64,000 bases of DNA from an uncultured Gaiellales bacterium (GCA_964496175.1 CAZBYA010000005.1:6481-70480); one strand, 5' to 3'. Counted from the first letter of the stretch, positions 26,559-37,114 are shown. Notes: generated by a model from the sequence alone, not told the origin. A program made the numbers and translations.

Positions 26559-29444
26559 GTGGCCTCCCGCCGCTCCCACCTGACGCTGGTCCTGCTGATC
26601 GTGCTCGCCCTCGTGGGCGTCTTCTTCCTGGGCTGGAAAGGCTCGCCCGTCCACCGCTCGCTGAAGAAGGGCCTCGACCTCCAGGGCGGCCTCGAGGTGG
26701 TGCTCCAGGCGGTGCCGCCGAAGGGCCACCAGCTGACGTCGCAGGACCTGAGCCGGTCGGTGTCGATCATGCGCTCCCGCGTCGACAAGCTGGGCGTCGC
26801 GTCGCCGGAGATCCGCACGCAGAGCCCGAACCAGATCGTGATCGAGCTCGCGGGCGTGCACGACCCGGCCGCGGCCGCCGCCCTGATCGGCTCGACCGCG
26901 CAGCTCGAGCTCTACGACCTGGTGCCGGCTCTGGTCTCGCCGTCGATCACGGCGGGCTCGAACCCGCAGCCGGTGCCGATCCAGAATCTCTACGACCTCC
27001 TCTCGCGCGTGAACGCCAGCGCGAAGGCGGGCACGCCGAGCGCCTACTACCTGTTCCAGCCGGTGCACCTGAAGCAGACGACGGGCACCGGCAAGAAGCG
27101 CAGGACGACGACGACCACGGTCTGGACGCGCATCGCCGGCCCGGCCGCGACCCTGCACCTCGATCCGACGACCGGCAACCCCGGCCTGCTCGACCCGTTC
27201 CGCGGCAAGGTGCCGACGGGCGACAAGGTGCTGCCGGTGCCCGCGAAGACGGTCGTGATCAGCTGCTCGGCGAAGACGACGACCGTCTGCCCGGGCGAGC
27301 GGAGCCTCAACGGCCTGCCGCCGGGGACGAAGGTCGACTACTACCTCTTCAAGCGGGGGTCGTACCCGAACGACCAGTACGCCACGAACGGCCAGTACCC
27401 GAACATGCCGGGCAAGGACCTGAACCTGTCCGGCACGCGCCAGGACTTCGACCCGACCACCGGGCAGCCGATCGTCCTCCTCTCCTTCAACGGCGAGGGC
27501 AACAGGATCTTCAAGCAGGTGACCAAGAACGAGGCCGTGCGCGGCGAGATCGCCGGCCTCACACACAACAACTGCGGCGCGCTGTGCGCGTTCGCGATCG
27601 TGCTCGACAACGAGCTGCGCTCGTGGCCCACGGTCGACCCGGGCCAGAACCCGCAGGGGATCGACCCGACCGGCACCGGCGCGCAGATCACCGGCATCGG
27701 CAGCCTCGGCGAGGCGAAGGACCTCGCGCTCGTGCTCCAGACGGGCGCGCTGCCGGTGAGCTTCCGGACGCTCGAGCAGACCGACGTCTCGGCGACGCTC
27801 GGCAAGGACTCGCTGACGCAGGCGGAGTACGCGGCGATCGGCGGCCTGATCGCGGTCGTCGTCTTCCTGCTGCTGCTCTACCGCTTCCTCGGCGTCGTCG
27901 CCGTGCTCGGGCTCGGCATCTACGCCGCCTTCATGTACGCGGCGATCCTGCTCCTGAACGTGACCCTGACGCTGCCGGGCTTCGCCGGCCTGATCCTGAC
28001 GATCGGCGTCGCGGCAGACGCGAACGTCGTCGTGTTCGAACGCATCAAGGAGGAGGCGCGCGCCGGCCGATCGGTGCGCGCGGCGGTCGCCGCCGGCTAC
28101 GCGAAGGGCTTCCGCACGATCGTCGATGCGAACGTCGTCACCGCGATCACGGCGCTGATCCTGTTCGCCGTCGCGTCGGCGAGCGTCAAGGGCTTCGCGC
28201 TGATGCTGCTGATCGGGACCGTCGTCTCGCTGATCACGTCCGTCGCTGCGACCCGCGCGCTGCTCGGCCTGCTCGCCGGCTTCCGCTGGTTCGACAACCC
28301 CCGCTTCATGGGCGCGGGCGGCACGCAGCGGGGCCGCTTCCTCCAGATCGACTTCATGCGGCGGCGCTACCTCTGGTTCGCGATCTCGGGCGTCGTGCTC
28401 GTGATCGGAGCGGCGTCGCTCGGCGCGCGAGGCCTGAACCTCGGCATCGACTTCAAGGGCGGCGTCCAGGTGACGTTCAAGACGCTGCAGTACACGTCGC
28501 TGTCGAAGGTGCGCGCGCAGGCGCAGGCGATCGGGCACGCGAAGGACGCCGTCGTGCAGGGCCGCGGCACGTCGACGAACGGCGGCGAGAACTACAAGAA
28601 CTTCCAGATCCGCCTGAAGAAGCTGAAGCCGGCCGACCAGAGCCGCTTCACGACGCTGCTCCAGCAGAACGTGAACGCGCAGGCGCTCGGCGTGAAGAAC
28701 GTCTCGTCGAGCTTCGGCAGCCAGATCGCCCGCAGCGCGGTGATCGCGATCCTCTTCTCGCTGCTCGTGATCACGCTCTACATCACGATCAGGTTCCGCG
28801 GCCTCGCGTTCGCGATCCCGGTGGTGCTGGCGATGCTGCACGACATCCTCGTCACGATCGGCGTCTACTCGCTGACGGGACGCGAGGTGACGGAGGCGAC
28901 CGTCGCCGCGGTGCTGACCGTGCTCGGGTACTCGATCTACGACACGATCATCATCTTCGACCGCATCCGCGAGAACGTGCCGATCATGCGGCGCGCGCCG
29001 TTCGCGACGATCGTCAACGTCTCGCTCTGGGAGACGATCCGCCGCTCGCTGGCGACGACGTTCATCACGCTGCTCCCGATCGGCGCGCTGTTCTTCTTCG
29101 GCGGCGCGACGCTCCAGGACTTCGCGTTCGCGCTGCTCGTCGGCGTCACCTCGGGCGCGTACTCGTCGATCTTCATCGCGGCGCCGATGCTGACGATCTG
29201 GAAGGAGCGCGAGCCGGAGTTCGCGCGCCGGAAGGGCCGCGAGACGCCGGAGGGCAAGGCCGGCACGCCGCTCCTGGAGGAGGCCGAGGCGGCCGCAGCC
29301 GCGGAGCCGATCCCGGACACGCCGGTCGACCTGGTCGAGCAGGGCCTCGCCGCGGCCGTCGGGGACGGCAAGGGCGACGCGGACGCGAAGCGCGAGCGTC
29401 GCCGCCAGCGCAGGAAGTCGCGGCCGCATGGGCGCGCCCGGTAG
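26559..29444 (+). CDS. secDF: Fused protein-export membrane protein SecD/SecF
   Basis: 961 aa. SecD start 'LKKGLDLQGGLEV', two 6-TM RND-like blocks, SecF-type 'GIDFKGG', and a long charged C-terminal tail. Confidence 0.9.
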   Translation: MASRRSHLTLVLLIVLALVGVFFLGWKGSPVHRSLKKGLDLQGGLEVVLQAVPPKGHQLTSQDLSRSVSIMRSRVDKLGVASPEIRTQSPNQIVIELAGVHDPAAAAALIGSTAQLELYDLVPALVSPSITAGSNPQPVPIQNLYDLLSRVNASAKAGTPSAYYLFQPVHLKQTTGTGKKRRTTTTTVWTRIAGPAATLHLDPTTGNPGLLDPFRGKVPTGDKVLPVPAKTVVISCSAKTTTVCPGERSLNGLPPGTKVDYYLFKRGSYPNDQYATNGQYPNMPGKDLNLSGTRQDFDPTTGQPIVLLSFNGEGNRIFKQVTKNEAVRGEIAGLTHNNCGALCAFAIVLDNELRSWPTVDPGQNPQGIDPTGTGAQITGIGSLGEAKDLALVLQTGALPVSFRTLEQTDVSATLGKDSLTQAEYAAIGGLIAVVVFLLLLYRFLGVVAVLGLGIYAAFMYAAILLLNVTLTLPGFAGLILTIGVAADANVVVFERIKEEARAGRSVRAAVAAGYAKGFRTIVDANVVTAITALILFAVASASVKGFALMLLIGTVVSLITSVAATRALLGLLAGFRWFDNPRFMGAGGTQRGRFLQIDFMRRRYLWFAISGVVLVIGAASLGARGLNLGIDFKGGVQVTFKTLQYTSLSKVRAQAQAIGHAKDAVVQGRGTSTNGGENYKNFQIRLKKLKPADQSRFTTLLQQNVNAQALGVKNVSSSFGSQIARSAVIAILFSLLVITLYITIRFRGLAFAIPVVLAMLHDILVTIGVYSLTGREVTEATVAAVLTVLGYSIYDTIIIFDRIRENVPIMRRAPFATIVNVSLWETIRRSLATTFITLLPIGALFFFGGATLQDFAFALLVGVTSGAYSSIFIAAPMLTIWKEREPEFARRKGRETPEGKAGTPLLEEAEAAAAAEPIPDTPVDLVEQGLAAAVGDGKGDADAKRERRRQRRKSRPHGRAR

Positions 29445-29715
29445 CGGCGGAGGCGGCGGGCAGGAGCCGCTCGAGCGGCTGATCGCGCTGCTCGGCCCTC
29501 GCTGGGACGAGGTGCGCTCCGTGCTCGACGACGCCACGTCACGGTGGCGCGGCGACGCCGTGCGCGTGGGGGAGGGGACGCGGCGACGGCTGAACGAGCT
29601 CGCGTCGGAGCTCGGGCTCGTGACGCGCGAGGACTGGGACGCGCTCGACCTGCGGGTCGCGCAGCTCGAGCACCGGCTGCGGCTGCTCGAGCGCGACACG
29701 CCCGAACGTCCGTAG
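29428..29715 (+). CDS. Small coiled-coil protein (weak UbiK/BMFP-like motif)
   Basis: 95 aa, GC3-rich. 'LGLVTREDWDALDLRVAQLEHRLRLLE' is reminiscent of the 'LDLV(S/T)REEFD...LE' segment of UbiK/YqiC. It overlaps the secDF end by 17 nt. Confidence 0.45.
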   Translation: MGAPGSGGGGGQEPLERLIALLGPRWDEVRSVLDDATSRWRGDAVRVGEGTRRRLNELASELGLVTREDWDALDLRVAQLEHRLRLLERDTPERP

Positions 29716-29812
29716 TCCCTGGTACCGTGGTGGGCACGGAGCGCGGATGGGCCGCGTTCCCGTGAGATCGGGTCTCCTCGTTCGGACGCCGGATCTCGAC
29801 GTCACGAAGGAG

Positions 29813-30978
<1,166 letters not shown>

Positions 30979-30985
<7 letters not shown>

Positions 30986-31428
30986 AGCACGAGCGGCTGA
31001 CGGCGAAGCAGGCGGCGGCGCTGCGCGAGGAGCTCGAGGAACTCGAAGGGCCGCGCCGCACGGAGGTCGTCGCGGCGATCAAGAAGGCGCGCGAGTTCGG
31101 CGACCTGTCGGAGAACTTCGAGTACCACGCGGCGAAGAACGAGCAGGGGCTGCTCGAGGCGCGCATCCGCACGCTGCGGACGCGGCTCGACGGCGCCGAG
31201 ATCGTCGAGGACGCGTCGAGCGACGCGGTCGGCATCGGTTCGGTCGTCGACGTCGAGCAGGAGGGCGGCGACACGATGACCGTCGAGGTCTCGTCGGTCG
31301 GCGGCCCCGGCACGGTCTCGCCGACGTCGCCGCTCGGCGCCGCGCTGCTGGGGCGCAGGATCGGCGAGACGGTCGAGGTGCAGGCGCCGCGCGGCGCCTG
31401 GCGCGCCACGATCCGCCACATCCACTAG
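30979..31428 (+). CDS. greA: Transcription elongation factor GreA
   Basis: 'REFGDLSENFEYHAAKNEQ' coiled-coil signature plus a C-terminal FKBP-like domain 'SPLGAALLGRRIGE'. The GTG start overlaps the helicase stop. Confidence 0.85.
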
Positions 31429-31450
31429 CGCGCGTCAGTCCGGTCTTCGG

Positions 31451-31909
31451 CTACCCCGCGAGCTTCCGGTGGATGAGCGTGGCCAGCCCGAGGACCCTCG
31501 CCGGCGGGATCACCTGGCTGTAGACGTCGTACTCGTACGCTCCGAGCACGAACCCCACATTGGCGAAGCGGTACTTCTTGCTCGTGTTGTAGACGAGCCA
31601 GCCGTCCGCGCCGAGCACGGGCTCCCTCTTGATCACGGTGCCGGGCGGGTCGTCGGCGGGGTTCGGCGTCGAGGCGAGCGACCGCGGCCCGTCGTCGATC
31701 TGCAGGCGGCCGGTCGAGGCGATGTAGAGGCAGATCGTGCCGCCGTCGTTCGCCCGCTCCGGGAAGGCCCTCGCCGGCGCGCCGAGGTACTGCGAGGCCG
31801 CCGCGGTCCCGATCAGGCCGCACGGCTTCGGCGCGGCCCGGACGCCCGAGAGCGCCGCGGCCGGCACGGCGAGCGCGAGAGCGGACGCGAGCAGGACCCC
31901 CCACCGCAT
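31451..31909 (-). CDS. Secreted hypothetical protein
   Basis: ATG at 31907-31909. Signal peptide 'MRWGVLLASALALAVPAAALSG'. The upstream part of the 427-aa track ORF is Arg-rich shadow. Confidence 0.55.
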   Translation of the reverse strand: MRWGVLLASALALAVPAAALSGVRAAPKPCGLIGTAAASQYLGAPARAFPERANDGGTICLYIASTGRLQIDDGPRSLASTPNPADDPPGTVIKREPVLGADGWLVYNTSKKYRFANVGFVLGAYEYDVYSQVIPPARVLGLATLIHRKLAG

Positions 31910-31974
31910 CGGCCGACGATAGAACGGCGGGCCGAGGGATTCAAGACCGGGGCAGCGGGCCGTACGCTTGCCGC

Positions 31975-33306
31975 GTGGACGCTCCCCGGACTCGCTACGC
32001 CCGCAGCGGGAGCCTGAACATCGCGTACCAGGTGTTCGGGGCGGGGTCGCTCGACCTGGTGTACGTGCCCGGCTGGGTGTCGAACGTCGAGGAGGCCTGG
32101 GAGTTCCCGGAGTACGGCGCGTTCCTGCGCCGCCTCGGTTCGTTCGCGCGGGTGCTGATGTTCGACAAGCGCGGCACCGGGTTGTCCGACGCCGTACCGA
32201 TCGACCGCCTCCCGACCCTCGAAGAGCGGATGGACGACGTACGCGCGGTGATGGACGCCGCGCAGTCGCGTCGGGCGGCCGTCTTCGGCGTGTCCGAGGG
32301 CGGGAACATGAGCGTGCTCTTCGCGGCGACCTTCCCCGAGCGGACGAGCGCACTGGTGACCTTCGGAGTCTTCGCGAAGCGCGTTTGGAGCTCGGATTAC
32401 CCGTGGGCGCCGCGTCCCGACGACCGCGCCCGCGAGATCGACGCCGTCGAGCGCGACTGGGCGCAGCTCGATCCGGCCCCGCTCGCGCCGCAGGCGACGC
32501 CGGAGCAGCTCGAGGCGATCGCGCGGTACCTCCGCCGCTCGGCGAGCCCCGGCGCCGCCGCTGCGCTCCTGCGTATGAACACGCAGATCGACGTGCGGCA
32601 CGTCCTGCCGACAGTGTCCGTGCCGGCGCTCGTCCTCCACCGCACGCACGACCGGGACGTCGACGTCGAGGAAGGACGCTGGATCGCGTCGCAGATCCCG
32701 GGCGCTCGCTTCGTCGAGCTGCCCGGAGACGCACACCTGCCGTGGCTCGGCGACTCCGACCGGCTGCTCGTCGAGATCGAGGAGTTCCTGACGGGCGCGC
32801 GGCCCGGCGTGGAGACCTCGCGAGTCCTCTCCACGATCCTCTTCACCGACGTTGTCGGCTCCACCGAAATCGCGGCGCGAGTCGGCGACGAACGGTGGCG
32901 CGCGCTCCTCGAGCAGCATCACTCCGTCGTCCGCAGGGAGCTCGCGCGCCACCGCGGAATCGAGCTCGACACGGCCGGCGACGGCTTCTTCGCCCGCTTC
33001 GACGGCCCCGCGCGCGCCGTCCGGTGCGCAGCGGCGATCGTCGACCGTGTGCGGGAGGAGGTCGGGCTCGACCTGCGCGCAGGGGTCCACACCGGAGAGT
33101 GCGAGCTCGTCGACGGCAAGCTCGCCGGCATCGCCGTCCACACCGGCGCGCGCGTCGCCGCCGCGGCCCAGGCGGGCGAGGTGCTCGTCTCCTCGACGGT
33201 GAAGGCGCTCGTCGCGGGCTCGGGAATCGACTTCGAGGATCGCGGCGCCGCCCGGCTCAAGGGCATCGACGAGACGTGGCAGCTCTTCCGGCTCGCGCAG
33301 GCGTGA
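31975..33306 (+). CDS. Alpha/beta-hydrolase domain fused to class III adenylate/guanylate cyclase domain
   Basis: The N-terminal half carries 'FGVSEGG' (a nucleophile-elbow-like motif). The C-terminal half carries 'ILFTDVVGST', 'DTAGDGFFARF' and 'GVHTGE'. Confidence 0.85.
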   Translation: MDAPRTRYARSGSLNIAYQVFGAGSLDLVYVPGWVSNVEEAWEFPEYGAFLRRLGSFARVLMFDKRGTGLSDAVPIDRLPTLEERMDDVRAVMDAAQSRRAAVFGVSEGGNMSVLFAATFPERTSALVTFGVFAKRVWSSDYPWAPRPDDRAREIDAVERDWAQLDPAPLAPQATPEQLEAIARYLRRSASPGAAAALLRMNTQIDVRHVLPTVSVPALVLHRTHDRDVDVEEGRWIASQIPGARFVELPGDAHLPWLGDSDRLLVEIEEFLTGARPGVETSRVLSTILFTDVVGSTEIAARVGDERWRALLEQHHSVVRRELARHRGIELDTAGDGFFARFDGPARAVRCAAAIVDRVREEVGLDLRAGVHTGECELVDGKLAGIAVHTGARVAAAAQAGEVLVSSTVKALVAGSGIDFEDRGAARLKGIDETWQLFRLAQA

Positions 33307-33412
33307 GCCCGTTCGCGCGCGTGCTACGGTGCGCGGCGATACTTGAGCGAGTACCGGCTGCGCGTCCCGCGCTTCCTCTGCCCGTTCTTTCGTTGGTGGA
33401 GGAGGTGTTTGT

Positions 33413-33616
33413 ATGGCAACCGGAACCGTGAAGTGGTTCAACGATGCGAAGGGGTATGGGTTCATCACCCCTGCCGAGGGTGGCAAGGACGTGTTCGTCC
33501 ACCACTCGGCGATCACGGGCGACGGCTACAAGTCGCTCGCCGAGGGTGCGAACGTGCAGTTCGACGTCGTCGACGGGGCGAAGGGCCCCGAGGCGAAGAG
33601 CGTCGTCGCGGTCTAG
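33413..33616 (+). CDS. cspA: Cold-shock protein
   Basis: '[15 protein letters not shown]' (RNP1) and 'DVFVHHSAI' (RNP2). The SD 'ggaggagg' lies upstream, behind a ~100-nt leader. Confidence 0.93.
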   Translation: MATGTVKWFNDAKGYGFITPAEGGKDVFVHHSAITGDGYKSLAEGANVQFDVVDGAKGPEAKSVVAV

Positions 33617-33629
33617 TCCCTGTCCAATC

Positions 33630-33659
33630 GGCCTGCGAGAGCGCGCGCTCTCGCAGGCC
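33630..33659 (+). terminator. Perfect 30-nt palindrome after cspA
   Basis: GGCCTGCGAGAGCGC|GCGCTCTCGCAGGCC starts 14 nt after the cspA stop. There is no U-tract. The next gene's SD follows within 10 nt. Confidence 0.5.
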
Positions 33660-33678
33660 CCCGCTGAAGGGAGCGTCG

Positions 33679-33921
33679 ATGGAAGGGACGATGATCTGGT
33701 TCAACCCGGAGAAGCAGCACGGCTTCATCCGCACCGACGACGGAGAGCGGTTGCGGGTCGACGAGGCCGGGCTCGCGACCGGGGAGCTCCTGAGGGACGG
33801 CTGCCGCGGAACGCGTGTCTGCTTCGAGCGGATCGGTCGCGAGGACGACGCGCGGGCGGTGGGCGTGACGCTGGTGCCGCTGATGGCCGCGCGGCGGGCG
33901 CGCATGCGGGGACGGCGCTGA
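33679..33921 (+). CDS. Degenerate cold-shock-domain-like protein with Arg-rich tail
   Basis: SD 'gaagggag' followed by the ATG. 'MIWFNPEKQHGFIRTDDGERLRVDE' keeps the CSD beta1-beta3 pattern but lacks the RNP2 aromatic/His residues. Confidence 0.6.
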   Translation: MEGTMIWFNPEKQHGFIRTDDGERLRVDEAGLATGELLRDGCRGTRVCFERIGREDDARAVGVTLVPLMAARRARMRGRR

Positions 33922-34115
33922 TGGGGAGGCGCACACCGGAGTCGGCGGTCAAGCGTGCGCGCGAGCAGGCGCTGCGCGAGAAGCGCGAGCTGAAGCAGGC
34001 CAAGAAGGACGCGCGCGCGGCCGAGCGCCGCGCCGCCGCCGAGCCGGGGAGCCTCTCCGAGCCGGTGGACGTCTCCGAGACGGAGACGGACGCGGACGCG
34101 GCCGCCGAGGCGTGA
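33921..34115 (+). CDS. Small highly charged hypothetical protein (64 aa)
   Basis: The ATG overlaps the preceding TGA by 1 nt. It has a Lys/Arg/Glu-rich N-terminal half and an acidic C-terminal half. High GC3. Confidence 0.45.
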   Translation: MGRRTPESAVKRAREQALREKRELKQAKKDARAAERRAAAEPGSLSEPVDVSETETDADAAAEA

Positions 34116-34504
34116 GCAGCTTCGCCGGCAGCGGCCTGCCCGACGGGACGGCCGAGCTCGGCTACGAGCAGACGCTGGAGGCTCTCCTCGGGCTCGTCGG
34201 CCGCCCCGTCCTCGTCCTCTTCTCGGGCGCCAGCGGCTCTCCGTTCATCGCCGGCGTGGTGTCGGGACGGCTCGACCGCGGCGAGCTCGACGCGCGGCTC
34301 GAGGAGGTCCTGCTGCGCGGCGACGACGCGAAGGTCGAGACCTTCTTCTTCCACGTCGGGTCGCGGCAGAGCGGGTTCGTCCTCAGGCCCGACGAGTTCG
34401 AGCGCGGGTTCTGGCGACGCGACGGGCACCTGGTCGTGCACCTCGGGAGCTGCGCGGTGAGCGTGCTGGCGGGCGGCGAGCTGGGAGGGGCGCTCGAGCG
34501 ATGA
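34112..34504 (+). CDS. Hypothetical protein (130 aa)
   Basis: GTGA overlap with the upstream gene. GC3-rich. I recognise no motifs. Confidence 0.5.
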   Translation: MSSFAGSGLPDGTAELGYEQTLEALLGLVGRPVLVLFSGASGSPFIAGVVSGRLDRGELDARLEEVLLRGDDAKVETFFFHVGSRQSGFVLRPDEFERGFWRRDGHLVVHLGSCAVSVLAGGELGGALER

Positions 34505-34740
34505 CGAGGCAGGCGCAGGAGGATCGGCGCTCCGCGGCGCTCGACGCGTACCTGGAGCGGCAGCAGGCCGACGGCTACGAGGTCGAGACGCGGACGGCGG
34601 TGCAGGCGGTGATCGTCCGCCGCCGCTGGGACGTCGTCCGGCGGCTGACCCGCACGACGGGTGGCGAGCGCCGGCTCGTCGTCTCGGTCGACGAGCACGG
34701 CGAGGTGTCGGCCGTGGCCGCCGAGCCGCGCAGGTGGTGA
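34501..34740 (+). CDS. Hypothetical protein (79 aa)
   Basis: ATGA overlap with the upstream gene. GC3-rich. I recognise no motifs. Confidence 0.5.
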   Translation: MTRQAQEDRRSAALDAYLERQQADGYEVETRTAVQAVIVRRRWDVVRRLTRTTGGERRLVVSVDEHGEVSAVAAEPRRW

Positions 34741-34741
34741 G

Positions 34742-34966
34742 TCACCCCGCCGGCGGGGGCGACCAGTCCTGCGCGATCCGCCACTCGCTCCGCAGCACCG
34801 CCGCGTAGACCTCGCCTTTGCGCGCCGTGCCGCCGGTGGCGTCCAGGATCGCCTGCGTTCGGGCGGCGCGCGCCGGCAGCCCTCGCCGGCGCGGCACCTC
34901 GGCCAGCAGCTCCCAGGTGCCGCCCTCCACCTGACGCAGGACGACGAACCCGGGCGCGTTCGTCAT
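34742..34966 (-). CDS. Hypothetical protein (74 aa)
   Basis: ATG 34964-34966 overlaps the upstream stop (ATGA). 'MTNAPGFVVLRQVEGGTWELLAEV...'. Confidence 0.45.
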   Translation of the reverse strand: MTNAPGFVVLRQVEGGTWELLAEVPRRRGLPARAARTQAILDATGGTARKGEVYAAVLRSEWRIAQDWSPPPAG

Positions 34967-35409
34967 CTCGTGCCCTCGCCGATCGCGATGAGCTCCGCGA
35001 CCACGGCATCGAGCGGCTGCGTCGCGTCGAGCTCGTGCGTGCACGTCGCGCGCAGTAGCGGCTCGACCTCCGCCAGGTGGCGCAGGATCAGCTCCCGCTG
35101 CTCGACGCTCTTGCCGTAGCCGTTCGTCGCCCTCGTCGCGATCCGCTCGAGCAGGACCTCCGCAGGCGCGTGGAGCAGGACGACGGCGTCGAAGCGCGAG
35201 TAGAAGCGGCCCTGATTCGAGACGGTGCCCGAGACGTAAAGCGTCCGCCCGTCGTCACGGCCGAGCAGCTCCGCGATGCGGTCCTCGTCCCAGACGTAGC
35301 CGTCCTCGGCGTCCGACCAGACGGTCCACCCGTCCTCGTCGGTGTCGACGACGGCGAATCCGCGCCGCTCGAGCTCCGCGAGCGCCGTCGACTTGACCGT
35401 GCCCGACAT
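34963..35409 (-). CDS. P-loop kinase-like protein with truncated/degenerate Walker A
   Basis: The body matches a common actinobacterial AAA/shikimate-kinase-like family ('LYVSGTVSNQGRFYSRFDAVVLLHAPAEVLLERIATRATNGYGK'). The ORF starts inside the P-loop ('MSGTVKST', with V where the conserved G is expected). An in-frame TAG lies 11 codons upstream. Confidence 0.6.
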   Translation of the reverse strand: MSGTVKSTALAELERRGFAVVDTDEDGWTVWSDAEDGYVWDEDRIAELLGRDDGRTLYVSGTVSNQGRFYSRFDAVVLLHAPAEVLLERIATRATNGYGKSVEQRELILRHLAEVEPLLRATCTHELDATQPLDAVVAELIAIGEGTR

Positions 35410-35473
35410 GCCCGTCAGAGGATCCTGCGCACGCGGAGCAGGCTAGCCGCCGACGCTCAGGCACACTTCCCGG

Positions 35474-37114
35474 GTGGCGGCGACCCGGCCGAAGCACCAG
35501 CGGAACCTCGGTCGCCTGAGCGAAATCGCCCAGGTCGCGGTGCGGCACGGCTTCGGCTACGTCGTCGACGGCCGCCGCGACTCCTCGCCCGAGCTGGGCA
35601 CCGCGCGCGGCCGGCACCTCCGCGAGCTCCTGGACGAGCTCGGCCCGACCTTCGTCAAGTTCGGGCAGCTGCTCTCCACGCGCCCGGACGTCGTGCCGCC
35701 GGACATCGTCGCCGAGCTGCGGTCCCTCCAGGACGACGTGCGCCCCTTCCCGTTCGCCGAGGTGGAGCGGACGATCCGCGAGGAGCTCGGCCAGCCGATC
35801 GAGCGGCTGTTCACCGCGTTCGAGCAGACGCCGCTGGCCGCGGCGTCGATCGGACAGGTCCACCGGGCGACCCTGCCGAACGGACGGCGCGTCGTCGTCA
35901 AGGTGCAACGGCCGAACGCGTCGCGACAGATCGAGGCGGACCTCGCGCTGATGTACCAGGCTGCGCGACTCGTGAAGGAGCGCGTGCGGGCGCTCGACTT
36001 CGTCGACGCGAACGAGCTCGTCGACGAGTTCGCGCGGTCGATCCGGCAGGAGCTCGACTACCGGCTCGAGGCCCGCAACGCAGACGCGTTCCACCGCGAC
36101 TTCGCCGGGCACCCGCACGTCGCGATCCCGAAGGTGTACTGGTCGTACACGCGCTCGCGAGTGCTCACGCTCGAGGAGCTGGAGGGGGTGCAGCTCGCGG
36201 ACCTCGACGTCGCCGAGTGGACGCTCGACCAGCGCCGCCGCCTCGCGTACCTGGTCACCGAGACGTGGATGACGATGATCTTCCGGAACGGGTTCTTCCA
36301 CGGCGACCCGCACCCGGCGAACATCCTCGTGCTCGCGCCCGACCGGATCGGCCTCGTCGACTTCGGCCTCGCGGGCAAGCTGACCGACGACGACATGTCG
36401 AAGCTGACGCGGCTGTTCATCGACGCGGCGTCCGAGAACGTCGAGCTGCTGCCGCGCCGGCTCGCCGACCTGGGCGTCCGCTACCCGAAGGAACGCGAGG
36501 AGCAGTTCGTCGCCGAGCTGCGCGAGCTCTACTACCGCTACTACGGCGCGAGCGTCGCCGACATCGACCCGCTCCAGGTGATCCGCGAGGGCTTCGCGCT
36601 GATCTACACGATGAACCTGCGGCTGCCCACCCGGTTCGTGTTGCTCGACAAGGCGATCGCGATGCTCGGGTCGGTCGGCATCGAGCTCTACCCGGACTTC
36701 AACGTGTTCGAGGTGGCGAAGCCGTACGCGCGCGCCCTGATGCTCGAGCGGTTCACGCCGCGCCGCGTCGCGTCGCGCGCTAGGCGCGAGGGCTGGATGC
36801 TGACGCACATGGCCATGGAGCTGCCGTACCAGGTGCACGAGACGCTCGAGCAGGTGCGCGACGGCCGCATCGAGGTCGGCTTCGTCCACAAGGGCCTCGA
36901 CGACCTGCTGTCCAAGCTGGACACGCTCTTCAACCGGCTCGTGATCGCGCTCGTCGTCGTCGGCGGGCTGATCGGCTCGAGCCTGATCGGCATCTTCGCC
37001 AAGAGCGGGCCGCACCTGCTCGGACTGCACGTGCTCTCGGTCGCGGGCTTCCTGCTCTCGAGCGTGCTCGGGGTGTGGCTGCTCTGGGGCGTGATCCGCT
37101 CCGGCCGCCTCTAG
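35474..37114 (+). CDS. ABC1/UbiB-family atypical protein kinase
   Basis: 'LGPTFVKFGQLLSTRPD', 'AAASIGQVHRA', 'KVQRP', 'FFHGDPHPANI' and two C-terminal TM helices. Confidence 0.9.
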   Translation: MAATRPKHQRNLGRLSEIAQVAVRHGFGYVVDGRRDSSPELGTARGRHLRELLDELGPTFVKFGQLLSTRPDVVPPDIVAELRSLQDDVRPFPFAEVERTIREELGQPIERLFTAFEQTPLAAASIGQVHRATLPNGRRVVVKVQRPNASRQIEADLALMYQAARLVKERVRALDFVDANELVDEFARSIRQELDYRLEARNADAFHRDFAGHPHVAIPKVYWSYTRSRVLTLEELEGVQLADLDVAEWTLDQRRRLAYLVTETWMTMIFRNGFFHGDPHPANILVLAPDRIGLVDFGLAGKLTDDDMSKLTRLFIDAASENVELLPRRLADLGVRYPKEREEQFVAELRELYYRYYGASVADIDPLQVIREGFALIYTMNLRLPTRFVLLDKAIAMLGSVGIELYPDFNVFEVAKPYARALMLERFTPRRVASRARREGWMLTHMAMELPYQVHETLEQVRDGRIEVGFVHKGLDDLLSKLDTLFNRLVIALVVVGGLIGSSLIGIFAKSGPHLLGLHVLSVAGFLLSSVLGVWLLWGVIRSGRL

